DNA of 64,000 nucleotides, taken from contig OZ024743.1 of NCBI GenBank assembly GCA_964016885.1, forward strand, positions 296,298,001-296,362,000, in the 5' to 3' direction. The position numbers and the translations under genes are program-made. Numbering within the stretch: position 1 is the first letter of the stretch; each line of letters opens with the position of its first letter. Under the pieces are notes generated by a model. That model saw only the letters and a list, made by a program, of their open reading frames with translations. It made no database searches and was not told the DNA's origin. Below are positions 12,383 to 24,935 of this stretch, piece after piece. This DNA is from Eledone cirrhosa. Its lineage: Eukaryota.

Positions 12383-13409
12383 GTGAGGTTTTTTTAACAA
12401 AATGAAAAATAACCGAGGTGTCCTACACGAGTGAAAGTATAAAGAAAAAGAGATGAAATCGAAAATGCAACTGGAGTCTTATTTTTTTTTTAAATATATA
12501 TATTTATTTGGTTCCTTTACCGGTTTCGCAGTTCTTCTGCTTTTCAAAAGGTGAGTTGACATGGAGGGTCTGTGGTTTTTCTCACATCTGGTTGGTCTCT
12601 GAATGTTACTTGTTTTATATGGGAAAAGTGGCTCGAAATGCCAGGTTTTTCGATAAGTAATTTGATTGGTTTGTCAATAATTATAATAAATTTCGCGCCA
12701 GTTCGCGTTACAATAGTTCTTCAAATAAGAGGGGGGGTTGTCACAGGTTGTTTTTTCATATATGAGTGTTTGAATTTCTTTTTACTTGAAAAAAGGGGCT
12801 CACGAAGGCTTTTTGGGGGTTGGTTATAAATGAAATTATGGCTGTCACGTGAACAAGCTTTCATTAAATTTTCGTGCCCTTATTTGGAAATCCTTTCTGT
12901 AGCCTTTTTAGAGAATTTTATGATAAGTGAAAGATAATGGTCAAGAGAAAGGGATGGGAGAATTGTTCTGGTTCAGTGAATATGGCTAGTTCGCTGGGGT
13001 GTCAGAATTCAGATTTTCTATTGAATAAAGAAAGTAAAGATATGTATGTTTATTTGTGTGCTTGTGTGTGTGTGCGTGTGTGTGTGTGTGTGTTGTGTGT
13101 GTGTGTGTGTGTTTGAATTTCTTTACTTAAAAAAAGGTGGCTCACGAAGGCTTTTTTTAATAAACGTGATTTGATTGGTTATAAATGAAATTTGGTTGTC
13201 ACGTGAACAAGTTTTCATTACATTTTTGCGCCCTTATTTGGAAATCTATTCTGTAGCCTTTATAGAGAATGTTATGACAATGGAAAGATAGTGGTCAAGA
13301 GAAATGGGATTGGGAGAATTGTTCTGGTTCAGTGAATATGGTTAGTTCGCTGGGGTGTCAGAGTTCAGATTTTCTATTGAAGTAAAGATATGTATGTTTA
13401 TTTGTGTGC

Positions 13410-13488
<79 letters not shown>

Positions 13489-13728
13489 GGAAGATGATTC
13501 TATTAGTAGAAATGGGGGAGGGAGTTGTGTGTATATGGGTGTTATGTGTGTGTGTGTGTGAGTATGTTAAGATGGAGAGAATATATATTTTGTGTGTGTG
13601 TATATATGTGTGTAGGAAAGTGGTTCTATTAGTAGAAATGGGGGAGGGGAGTTGTGGGTGTGGGGGTTGTTATGTGTGTGTATGGGTGTTATGTGTGTGG
13701 GAGTATGGTTAGCATGTTAAGATGAAGA

Positions 13729-13779
<51 letters not shown>

Positions 13780-15916
13780 GTGTGTGTGTGTAATATTTTT
13801 GAGTGAACATATTTTCCTTACTTATTCGTATTTGTTCTGTTGTATTGTCAGTGCAAACGTATGTTAAGGTTTATTTAGTTCGGGTTTTTATTTTCTAAAG
13901 TAGAAGGTGTTATGTGTGTGTATGTCATATTATGGTGTTGACATAATGTATATTAAACCATATTTAATGTTGGTCTATATTTTTGAATAAACATATTTTC
14001 CTTATTTATTCGTATTTGTTCTGTTGTATTGTTAGCGCAAAGGTAAAATGGGAAGACTTGGAATTTGGGTGTCTAATTACTTGCGCAAATGTCTAGATAT
14101 GCACTTAGTGGTATCTGTCTCGTGGTTGGATCTCGTAATTGTTGGCGATGAACTGTCATTCTGTTTCTGAGTGTGAGTTTAGTTTGTCCTATATAATCTT
14201 CATTGCATCCTTTACATTTAATGGCATAAATTAGATTTTTTGATGAGCAAGTGAAGTGATTTTTTACAGAAAAATTTTGTCCTTATTTAAATGTATACGT
14301 GTTGCCTTCAATGAGGTGAGTGCAGGTTCCACAATTAGAGCGACCACATTTTTTTATACTTGGTTGTGGGTTTGTGGTAGGTAATTTGGCATTGGTGAGT
14401 AATGTTTTCAGTGATTTTGGTTGTCTTTTGCTTTTGATTATTTTGTGTGTTTCAAGGGCTTTTTTCATTCTTGGGTTTTGTTTTAGTAGTGGGATGTTCT
14501 TGTGGATAGTGTTGTAAACTTCCGCATTTCTTGGGTTGTGTGTTGAGATATATGATAGAATATTGGACGTACCTTGAATTTGTTTCTGTTTCCGTAATTC
14601 ATCAATGCCTATTGATTTAGCCCTTTCTATTCCATTATTTATTAGTAATAGTGGGTACTCTCTCTCGAGTAGAATTTCCTTTAATTCTTGAAGTCTTTTA
14701 TTTCGCGTTTCATAATTGGAGACAATTGTGCAAATTCTTCTTGCTAGGTTAAAAGGAATGTTCGTCTTCGTGTGCTTTGGATGGTTGGAGGTGAATAACG
14801 GATATTGTTTGGAATCTGTTGGTTTGTAGTGTATGTCAGTTTCGATATTTGTGTCTTTTTTTAAGATTAAGATGTCCAGAAATGGGAGTTGATCTTGGCT
14901 GTATTCCATTGTGAATTAGATGTGGTTATTGATGCCGTTTATTAAGTTTTTGAAATCCTTCAGTTGGTCGAGTGTGTGGGACCAAAGAATGAGCCAATCA
15001 TCCAAGTAGCGTTTCCAATTCTCTGATAAATATTTGTGGAAGTTCAATCCGTATTTTGATTTGGACTGTTCATATATCTGGACTTCTAAGTATGCCATGA
15101 CTAAGTTGGCATAAGTTGGAGCAGCTTTTGTACCCATCGCAGTCCCCGATATTTGCTTGTAAGTATTGCCATCGAAATCAAAAAAGTTGTTCTGTAAGAT
15201 GAATTTTAATCCCTCGGTGATGAAGCTTTTTTCTATTCTGTCAGGTATCTCATTGGGATATTTCTCTAGCCAGAATCCTATTGCTTCTAGTCCGTATTGG
15301 TGTGGGATCGTTGTGTAGAGATTCACTACATCGAAAGACACAATAATAGTGTCGTTGTTGACATGTTTGGGGAGGTGGTTTAAGAGGTCCAGATCGTCTC
15401 TTACAAGGCTTGGTATGTGTTTCAGTATTGGTTTCAGTAGTATGTCTATAAAGTTGCTCAATCTGTGTGTTCACATTGTGGGCCCGCTACAATTGGTCTT
15501 AATTTAAGGTCTGTGGGGTATTGTGTGTTCACGCAGGCTGAGGTGGATTGTTTACAGGCATCGTTGATTATTTTACACTTGTGGATCTTCGGAAGTCCGT
15601 AAAGGTTGCTGGTTTTGTATTCAAAATTTGTTAAATAATCGCGTTCCTTTTTAGTTAGGTCTTCCTGGTATCGATAAATCAGTGTGTTTAATTTGGTCAT
15701 TATTTTTGATTACTGGTAGTTGTTTACTCTTTCATAGTAATTAGTATTTTGTAAGAGAGAGAACATAGAATTTTTATATGTTTCAGCCTCCATAATGACA
15801 ACAGTACTTCCCTTTTCCGCTTCCTTAATTATAATGTCCGTATTGTTTTTTAGTTCATGGATAATCTCCCATTCCCTTCGACTTGTGTTGGGTTTGGGTT
15901 TAGGTTGCGGTAGTTC
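12377..15916 (-). mobile_element. Penelope-like element, 5'-truncated, frameshifted RT plus GIY-YIG
   Basis: YGLPKIHK, LRPIV, SFDVVNLYT, QISGTAMGTKAAPTYANL, RYLDD, LPFLD, YKPT in ORFs 14283-15994; NLIYAIKC..C.EDYIGQT at ~14170-14240; 3' end carries an HHR. Confidence 0.93.
12514..12551 (-). ncRNA. Minimal hammerhead motif, U3-A8 variant
   Basis: CCTT-TTGAAAA-GCAG aagaa CTGC-GAAA-ccgg-TA-AAGG. Confidence 0.75.
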
Positions 15917-15925
15917 ATATGTATG

Positions 15926-15987
<62 letters not shown>

Positions 15988-16609
15988 CATACATATATAA
16001 TTTTAGATATTTACCATTATCTTCAGTGTACTATACCTATAGTCTAACCGATAGCTGTTCATTGATAGATATTTTACGCTATAAATGTTGTAAGAAATGA
16101 GAGCACTCCTGAAGAAAATTTAATATATAAATTCCTGCTAACACACAAATATCAACTCCATCGCAAAAACCATAAATATATCGAACCACACACATCATCG
16201 CTGCGCTTAACCCATTAATGTCAAAGAATGAACAACCAAATGCTAATGCTTTTAGAAATAAAGGCACCGTGGTGAAGGGATAAAACTTCACTATAGCCTA
16301 TTGAAAGTATTTTCTATTATGCTTATCCTACATGTTATTACAAAACTGAACTACTAACGTGCTGCTACACAATAAATGTATAGCTGTAGCTTGTAAGACA
16401 TTTTAAATTAACGGAACAACGCTTTGAAGGATTATTTAAAATACATATAGGATTAGATAAACACTTATACTTGTTCTTCAAAGTTATATAATATCGAGAA
16501 ATAGATATATATTCAACAATGCGTGGCTGGTTAGAGAGATGTTTGTATGTATGTACGTATGTATGTACGTATGTATGTACGTATGTATGTACGTATGTAT
16601 GATGTATGT

Positions 16610-17046
16610 CGGGTTACTCTTGAGTGCTACTGGTAACATGTAACCCAGTACAACCTGTCGTATGGTCGGGTTCGGCGGCGACTAAACAGGCAACCCCACC
16701 AAGTTTACTTGGTGAGGAGGGTGATTTTGGACACTCTGCAGGACAAAAAACGAAACCTGACAAAAGGCGGAAGAGCTCATAAGAGTCAACGGCCATCCAA
16801 AAACGTGTAAATATGTATATACACATGTACATAGGTATGTATATGTATATATGTATGTGCATGGGTGCATGTGTATGTATATATGCGGAGACATAGAAAT
16901 AGTCAGGATGGATACCTGATCGTGCGGTTAAACCATTGGGAGTGAAGGGGCCTTTGTCAGGGCATTCTTCTAGGAGAAGGCAACTCAGGAAACTGGGATA
17001 ACGCCGACATAAAACATGCGGCTCAGTAGTTAACGATGATGATGAT
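16610..17046 (+). mobile_element. Possible RTE-related non-autonomous element pieces
   Basis: GC-richer islands between microsatellites; CTAGGAGAAGGCAACTC resembles RTE 5' UTR motifs; (GAT)n tail at ~17035. Confidence 0.3.
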
Positions 17047-17166
17047 CTTTCCTTCTTTTAGGGTTATAGCTACTGTCGCTCAGAGAGTGGGATTGGCTCA
17101 GTGCACAGCCTTTCCTCACTTTAAAAAAGATCTTCATGCACAGGCATTACACAATAGAATTAATTA

Positions 17167-17347
17167 ATTGTTTCTACTATTGGCACAACCAGCAATTACC
17201 CAGTACATTACTGGGACATTATTTTATCGACCCCGTAAGGATGAAAGACAAAGTTAACCTCGGCGGGATTTGAACTTAGAATGGCAAGGGCCGTAACTCT
17301 ATGCGTCAAAGCAAGGCGTCCGCACTCGACCGATACTGCCAATTCAC
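17167..17347 (-). mobile_element. tRNA-derived SINE (same family as 11403)
   Basis: Reverse-complement match to 11403-11590. Confidence 0.85.
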
Positions 17348-17599
17348 AATTAATTAATGATTATTAATAATGGTATATCGTGCAATGGCCATACTCGATA
17401 ACAAGAGGGCAACTATCATGATGTATGTATGTATGATGTATGTATTTATGTATGTATGTATTTTTATATGTATACAGGTACTTACGTAAAGACGGGGGGA
17501 AAGAACGAAAGAGAGATAAGAAGACTGATATACATAAATAATATGTAAACGTAGATAAATATACAGAAACACCTTTATAGATGGATGGGTAGGGGAATT

Positions 17600-17644
<45 letters not shown>

Positions 17645-20600
17645 GGCAGGGACCTCTGGAAGTTTTCCATAGGTCCCGGGCAGAAAGTCCTACCAAACAG
17701 ACTGGTGAATTCGTCGTCTTCGACGCCTACAGTCTCTCCGAGCACGTCGTCGCCCTTGTGACGTACTAACCCTCTATAGAATGTCGAAGAGGAGTCTCCA
17801 CTAATTGCTGTGCCCGCTTGACAGAGGACTGTGAGCGCCTGAGCGCATTCAATGTGCTATGAGCCCACCTTCTTCGGTCTCCGCTTGATCCAGGACTCCA
17901 GCTCCGTCAGCGAGACAAGTTGCAGGAAGGCCTGTCTCACAAACGGTGCCTACACCGGCTGGTCGATGAGGAATACCTGGAGATGCCGTAACCTCAGCGC
18001 ATGTTTGCGCATCATCAGCCACGGCATTCCCTGGAAGGGTGCTGATAGCAGACGGATCTCCTCACCAGTGGAGCCTGCTTCTTCCAAAGTAACTAGAAGA
18101 ACATGCGTTCCATCTTGGTGAGGTGTTCACGGGGACAAAGCATGACGGTCAAGCGGTAGTAGATGACGGACGCTATGAAAGTGTTCGCCACCTCCGCTCG
18201 AGCTTTCAAGGATAGTTTGCACTCTGCCCACTTCTGGGTGAGCGCAAATACCTTGGCATTGACCTCGTTCCAGTTTTTCTCCAGCTGGAGGTCCGGACCG
18301 AACCAGACCCCGAGAAATTTCACCAGTCCGTCCGTCCAGGTATGAACCGAAGTCCATTGCCCCGTTCGGCGCACCGCCACTCTGCTCTAACAGTTGCGCA
18401 AAGTGCCGCTGAAAGGCCGCGCACATCCGCTTGGAGTCAAGTAGCACGCCTCCGTTTTTGGTCTTTCAAAGAACGAATCGTGGACTTGTTGCCACTTTTC
18501 GCCTCTGCCAATCGGGCGCAGCTAAGAGCTTTTTATCTCTCTTTTCCTAGAGCACGTGATCTACTCCTGACTACGCATCCTTCGTGTTTCGCATCGCAGA
18601 ATTGGTCTAGTGCCGTTCTCGTTGCTAGCACACTAGCTGCGTTGCCACTCTTAAGCGTCTCCTCTACCTTGGCTACCAGTTCTCTTTCTGTCTTGTTTTT
18701 CTCTAAGGCTAGTTCTTTGCTAAAAGCTATCGACTCTACTCTAATTGCTCTCTTGAGAGAGTACCACCATCTATTGTTGACGAAGGCTCTCGTTTACTGT
18801 TGCTTAACTAATCTACTTATCCGTCTACTGTAAGCTTTATGCGTCGGTAACGACATGCTCAGCTTCCAGTATCCGGGTCGTTATCTATGTATTCTATCAT
18901 GGTTGACTATGCAGGTGACTAGTTTGTGGTCTGAATAGGCAACCATGTACATTTGTAGACAGCTTAACATTTACCTCTCTCTCTCTCTAATGAAGAACCT
19001 ATCTAAATACGATCTAGATGCCCCACTGCGATTTCTCCACATCCACTGTGGTGCAGTCGGGAAATCTAGTCGATACCTATCGGCCAGTTGGTATTGGCCG
19101 ATTAAATTTTTGAGGCTCTTGCACCCCCCTCTACTGGGACATGTTCCTACATAGTCCCAACGTGCGTCTAGGATACCATTCCAGTCCCCAACTAAAAGCA
19201 AAGAGCGAGACGTTCCAAAGAAAAGACTCTAGTAGCTTAAAGAAAACTGGCCGCAATTGCCTAGTCATAAACGGCCACGAGTCTGAAGGCTCCACCACCA
19301 ATACTAATCACGTCTAGGATTACCAGTCTACCCTCCGGGTCCAAGTGTATTTGCTATATTTCGAGGTCCAGGTTTTTCCGAAACATAACAATCATCCCCC
19401 TCCACGTCCTGTCTGACAGAGAGATGCGTAGATTTCAAAGTCATTAAAGATGGGGGTTAGTTGCTGCTTGTTGTGGATCCTGGACTCGGTGATGGCTATC
19501 ACATCCATATCGTGTGACCTAAGGTCGTTTAAAAGTTGGCCCTGTTTCCAGGGCATCCCTAGGCTACGCACATTCACACTTCCAACTCGTAAATTAGCCA
19601 TGTTGGTGGAGATGAGTTGGCGAAAAGGACGAAAAGATGCATTTACCTTTTCGTTTCCTGGAGATTGGGTTGTTGAATCTCCATTTGGATGTTGTTGGGG
19701 GTGTTGGGTGAGGTTGGGAAACGTTTCAATAGGACGCGGTTTATGGGTTTTTGGCAGGGGTTTCCGACGTCCTGCGAAAATTGTTCCTTTAGTTTCTGGT
19801 AGGTTTCCATCGAAACCCTTATCAGTTTTAGGTGTGGTGCAGAGTCTGACTTGACAAAGGTTTTCCCCTCAGTTTCTACTTTGGGGTCTTGGGAGGTGAC
19901 CTCCATCAGGTTTTTGTTGTTTGTGTTAGTGTATGTGTATTGTTGTTGTTTTTTTGTGCTGTTTTGGTTTGTTGTTCATTTTGTAGTTTTCTTTTTATGG
20001 TGGGCATTTGTGTTTGGAGTGGTGTTGGTGTTTGTTTTTCTGGTAGGGGGAGGTTTGATTGTGGTGATGTTTGTGTTGTTGTTTGTGTTGGTGGTTGTGT
20101 GTTTGTGCTGTTGATTGGTGTTTGTGTGTCTTTGCGGTATCTCTTTTTTTTTATTTCCGAGGCCCTACTTCATCTTCACTTGGGGATGGAGAAGTAGTCT
20201 CGTCTGACGATGAATCGTGATCAGGGGCATATGGGAGGGGTATGTTGTGTGGTGATGGTGTGTTTGTGTGTGTGATTGTGGTAGTGTGGGATGGGTGGGA
20301 CTGTGTTTTTCAGGGGAATTGTTTGTGTTTTTTCTGTTGTTTGTGGTTGAGCAGTTGTTTGTTTTTGTGTGTTTGCTTGTTTTGTGTGTTGTTGTTGTTG
20401 TTGTGGTTTTGGTGTTGGTGTTGGTAAAAGTACTTTTTTGGATGGATTGGTGCTTGTTCGTAAGAGGGGACAGGAGACCGTTAAATGTGATGTGCTTGCG
20501 CATTTAAAACAATGTGGCCTTCAGCTTCTGCCGAAATGTGTATATAGTTTGTATTGTCTACAACTACCCTTTCTGGTATCTTGGAAATTCTGTCCGGTTT

Positions 20601-20778
20601 CATTTGGACCGAAATTTCCAAGCTTATGCCGTTCCAGGTGTTTCTTGTAGATTTTTGAATCGACAGTATTGTGTCTTCATCCTCCTCCAAGAACCCTGCC
20701 AGAATACACCAGATGTTAATGTTGGGTGGTATGTTGGAAATGCTTATTTTTGTATGTCCTTTTTCCCATGTATGTAGG
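17645..20778 (-). mobile_element. Tx1-like fragment (ORF1 half, APE, RT core deleted)
   Basis: MANLRVGSVNVR, ITESR, GDWN, YLDR; DFGSYLDG joined to WTDGLVKFLG at ~18335; (GATA)n on left, (TAGG)n on right. Confidence 0.9.
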
Positions 20779-20869
20779 GTAGTTAGGTAGGTAGGTAGGT
20801 AGGTAGGCTGGTTGGTAGGTTGGTAGGTAGATAGATAGGTAGGTAGTTAGGTAGGTAGGTGAAAGGTAG

Positions 20870-23147
20870 GCCTAGAGTGTCCCGTATCTCAGTGGCTGTG
20901 ATCGGTCTTTCGCAGAACTCGGCGTCCATGCTCGAGAGTCGCGGCAGGCCGTGGAGGTAAGAACCGAAGTCCATTACCTCGTTCGGCACACCGCTCTGCT
21001 CGAACAGTTGCGCAAAGTACCGCTGAAAGGCCGTGCATATCTACTTGGAGTCAAGTAGCACGCGTCCGTTTTAGACTTTCAAAGACCGAATTGTGGACTT
21101 GTTGCCACTTTTAGCTTCTGCCACTCGGGTCCAACTAACAGCTTTTGCTCCCTCGTTTCCTAGAGCACGTGATCTACTTCTGACAACACGCAGCCTTCGT
21201 GTTTTGCATCGAAGAACTGGTCCAGTGCCGTTCTCGTTGCTAGCACACTAGCTGCGTTGCCACTCCTGAGTGCCTCCTCTACCTTGGTACCAGTTCTCTT
21301 TCTGTTTTATCTTTCTCTAAAGCTAGTTTTTTGCTAAAATCTATGGATTCTACTTTAATTGCTCTCTTGAGAGATGGCTCTCGTCAACTGGTGCTTAACT
21401 AAACTACTTATCCGTCTACTGTAGGCTTTACGCGTCGGTAATGACATGTTCAGCTTCCAGTATCCGTGTCCCTGTCTGTGCGTTCTATCATGGTTGACTA
21501 TGCAGGTGACTAGTTTGTGGCCCGAATAGGCAACTATGTACATTCGTGGACAGCTTAACATTTTCCTCTCTCTCTCTCTAATTAAGAATCTATCTAAATA
21601 CGATCTAGATGTCCCACTGCGGTTTGTCCATGTCCACTGTAGTGCAGTTTGGAAATCTAGTCGATACCTATCAGTCAGTTGGAATTGGCCGATTAAATTT
21701 TTGAGACTCTTGCATCCCCTTCTACTGAGACATGTTCCTACATTGTCCCAACGTGCGTCCAGGAAACCATTCCAGTCCCCCACTAAAAGCAAGGAGCAAG
21801 ACGTTCCCAGAAAAGACTCTAGACGCTTGAAGAAGTCTGGTCGCGATGTCCCAGTCGGAGCATAAACGGCCACCAGTCTGAAATTCTCCACCTTCAATAC
21901 TGTTCACGTCTAGGACCACCAGTCTACCCTCGGATCCAAGTGTATTTGCTGTATTTCGAGGTCCAGGTTTTTCCGAAACATAACAGCCACTCCCCCTCCA
22001 TCTCCTGCTGACAGAGAGATGCATAGATCTCAAAATCATCAAAGATGGGAGTTAGTTGCTGCTCGTTGTGTATCATGGACTTGCTGATGGCTATCACATC
22101 CATATCATGTGACCTAAGGTCGTTTAAAAGTTGGCCCTGTTTCCAGCGCATCCCTAGGCTACGCACATTCACACTTCCAACTCGTAAATATTCCCTGTTG
22201 GTGGAGAAGAATTGGCGAAAAGGACGAAAAGATGCACTTACCCTTTCGTTTCTTGGAGATCGGGTTGTTCAATCTCCATTTGGGTGTAGGTGGTGGTGTT
22301 GGGTGGGGTGGGTAGGCGTTTCAAGAGGACGCGGTTAATGCATTTCTGACAAGGGTTTCCAATGATCTTCAAAAAATGATCTTATAGTTTATTGTAGGTT
22401 TCTATTGAAACACTTATCCTCTTTAGGTGTGGTGCACTGTCTGATTTTGTAAAAGTTTGTCCCTCGGTTTCCACTTTGGGGATCTATGGAGATGACCTCC
22501 ATTAGGCTTTTGTTTTTTGTGTTGATGTATGCGTATTGTTGTTTGGATTTTTGTTGTGTTGTTTTTGTTTGTTGTTCGTTTTGTAATTTTCTTTTGATGG
22601 TGGGCATTTGTGTTTGGGGTGGTGTTGGTGTTTGTTTTGCTGGTAGGGGGGGAATTGATTGTAATAGTGTTTGTGTTGCTGTTTGTGTTGGTGGTTGTGT
22701 GGTTGTGTTGGTGACTGATGTTTTTGCAGAGTCTCTTCTTTTGTTTTTTTGGATTTCTGAGGCTATCCTTCATCCTCGCTTGGGGATGGAGAGGTAGCCT
22801 CGTCTGGCGATGAATCGTCATCAGGGGCGTGTGGGAGGGGTATGTTGTGTGGTGATGGTGTGGTTGTGTGTGTGGTTGTGGTAGTGTTGGATGGAGTGGG
22901 ATGGTGTGGGACAGTGTTTTTCAGGAGAATTGTTTGTGTTTTTTCTGTTGTTTGTGGTTGAGCAGTTGTTTGTTTTTGTGTGTTTGCTTGTTTTTGTGTT
23001 GTTTTTGTGGTGGTTTGGGTGTTGGTGTTGGCAAAAGTACTTTTTTGCTGGTGCTTGTTCGTAAGAGGGGACAGGATGCCTTTAAATGCGACGTGCTAGA
23101 GCATTTAAAACAATGTGGCCTCCCTTCTTCTGCCGAAATGTGAATGT
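20870..23147 (-). mobile_element. Tx1-like fragment (ORF1 C-terminus, APE, linker), close paralog of 17645-20778
   Basis: ORFs 21355-22172 APE motifs; (TAGG)n on both sides. Confidence 0.9.
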
Positions 23148-23621
23148 AGGTAGGTAGGTAGGTAGGTATGTAGGTAGGTAGGTAGGTAGGTAGGTAGGTA
23201 GGTAGGTAGGTAGGTAGGTAGGTAGGTAGGTAGGTAGGTAAGTAGGTAGGTAGGTAGGTTGGTAAGTAGATAGATAGGTAGTAGGTAGGTGAAAGGTAGG
23301 TAGGTAGGTAGGTTAGTAGGCAGGTAGGTTGGTAGGTAGATAGATAGGTAGGTTATTAGGTAGATAGAGAGGTAGGTAGGTAGGTAGGTAGGTAGGTAGG
23401 TAGGTAGGTAGGTAGGTAGATAGGCAAGTAGGTTGGTAGGTAGATAGATAGGTAGGTAGTTAGGTAGGTAGGTGAAAGGTAGGTAGGTAGGTTAGTAGAT
23501 AGGTAGGTTGGTAGGTAGATAGAGAGGTAGATAGGTAGGTAGATAGGTACGTTGGTAGTTAGGTAGGTAGATAGGTAGGTAGGTATGTCGGTAGGTAAGT
23601 AGGTTGGTAGGTAGATAGATA
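23146..23621. repeat. Compound (TAGG)n/(TAGA)n microsatellite
   Basis: Direct reading. Confidence 0.95.
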
Positions 23622-23992
23622 GCTTTCTTTATTTGCCACAGGGGCGTACAAAAATGGGACATTACAAGACGTGACGGCGGGGGTTTTACACAAAATCTTT
23701 AACAATGATGAATAACAATAAACTATTCATAAAATAAAACAATCGAAATCCCCATTAGGGGGTACGTTACTTCGGGGTTGTTTTACACCCTGTGGATAGA
23801 ACAACCCTCAACACCAGGAACACGTTTTATAGGTGTTCCCGTCTTCCCTCTTTTTATCTTCTTCCACCTATACAGAGAAGGCCCATTTACTCGAGCCATT
23901 TTCGCCACATTCACCCACCTTTCAGCGGATTTACTGAGGCGTAGGACCTCTTTCTCCACTCTCACCTTCCTTTTGAAGTGGTATTTAAAGAG
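23622..23992 (-). mobile_element. Tx1-like 3' end (severely 5'-truncated)
   Basis: RVEKEVL..ERWVNVAKMARVNG; AATAAAGAAAG then (CTAT)n. Confidence 0.85.
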
Positions 23993-24265
23993 GTAGGTAC
24001 CTACCTACCTACCTATCAGATAGATAGGTAGGTAGAAAACAGGCTTACAAGTATATTGGTTAAGAAATTGTCATATTTTATCACCAAAATAAAAATAAAT
24101 TATATATAATATTGAAGCGTATGGCTGTGCCAATGTATGTGCGCATATATGTGCTGTAGCGTTTGTGAATGTGTACACTCAGATACGTGGGTGTAAATAA
24201 CGCTAGCAGATGGTATCACTCAACAGTTCGTGTATTTAGGCATCGACACATACAGAGAGAGAAAC

Positions 24266-24307
<42 letters not shown>

Positions 24308-24422
24308 ACACACACGTACGTATATAAACATGTGCGTGTATGTGTGTGAGTGTAAATATATATATATATATATTACAAATATATATATACACACACACCA
24401 ACATATATATATACACACACAC

Positions 24423-24509
<87 letters not shown>

Positions 24510-24809
24510 CAGTATATGACTACACAACGGTTTAGGATATGCTATAATTGAAATATAGAAATAGATATTTTAAATATTGTTATATTGCTGTCTATAATAT
24601 AGTATCTCTGGAAATTATGAAAAATGCAATAATTCGTTTTAATTAGTTGTGTGTGTTTTAATGGCATTTCGTCATATATATCTTTAGTCATACGTATATG
24701 TCGTGACATAAACCGCCAAATGTTATTAGCAATTTTTATTATCAAGCTGTTGCGTTATGTATTTTCTTTCTATTATGTTGCTAGCATAATGAGACAATCA
24801 TTTTATAAG

Positions 24810-24935
24810 GCAGCAGGGATGGTGAGCAGCCTCGTGGTTTGGGAGTTGGACTTACAATTGTGTAGCGTTGATCGGTCCCCAGACTAAGCAGTATTTCATT
24901 TTAGGTTGCACCAGTTCACTTAGCTGATGATGAAT
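24810..24935 (+). mobile_element. Degraded SINE-like relic
   Basis: tRNA-like head and CORE-like GTTGCACCAGTTCACTTAGCTG; similar relics near 29520-29610 and 55195-55310. Confidence 0.35.
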
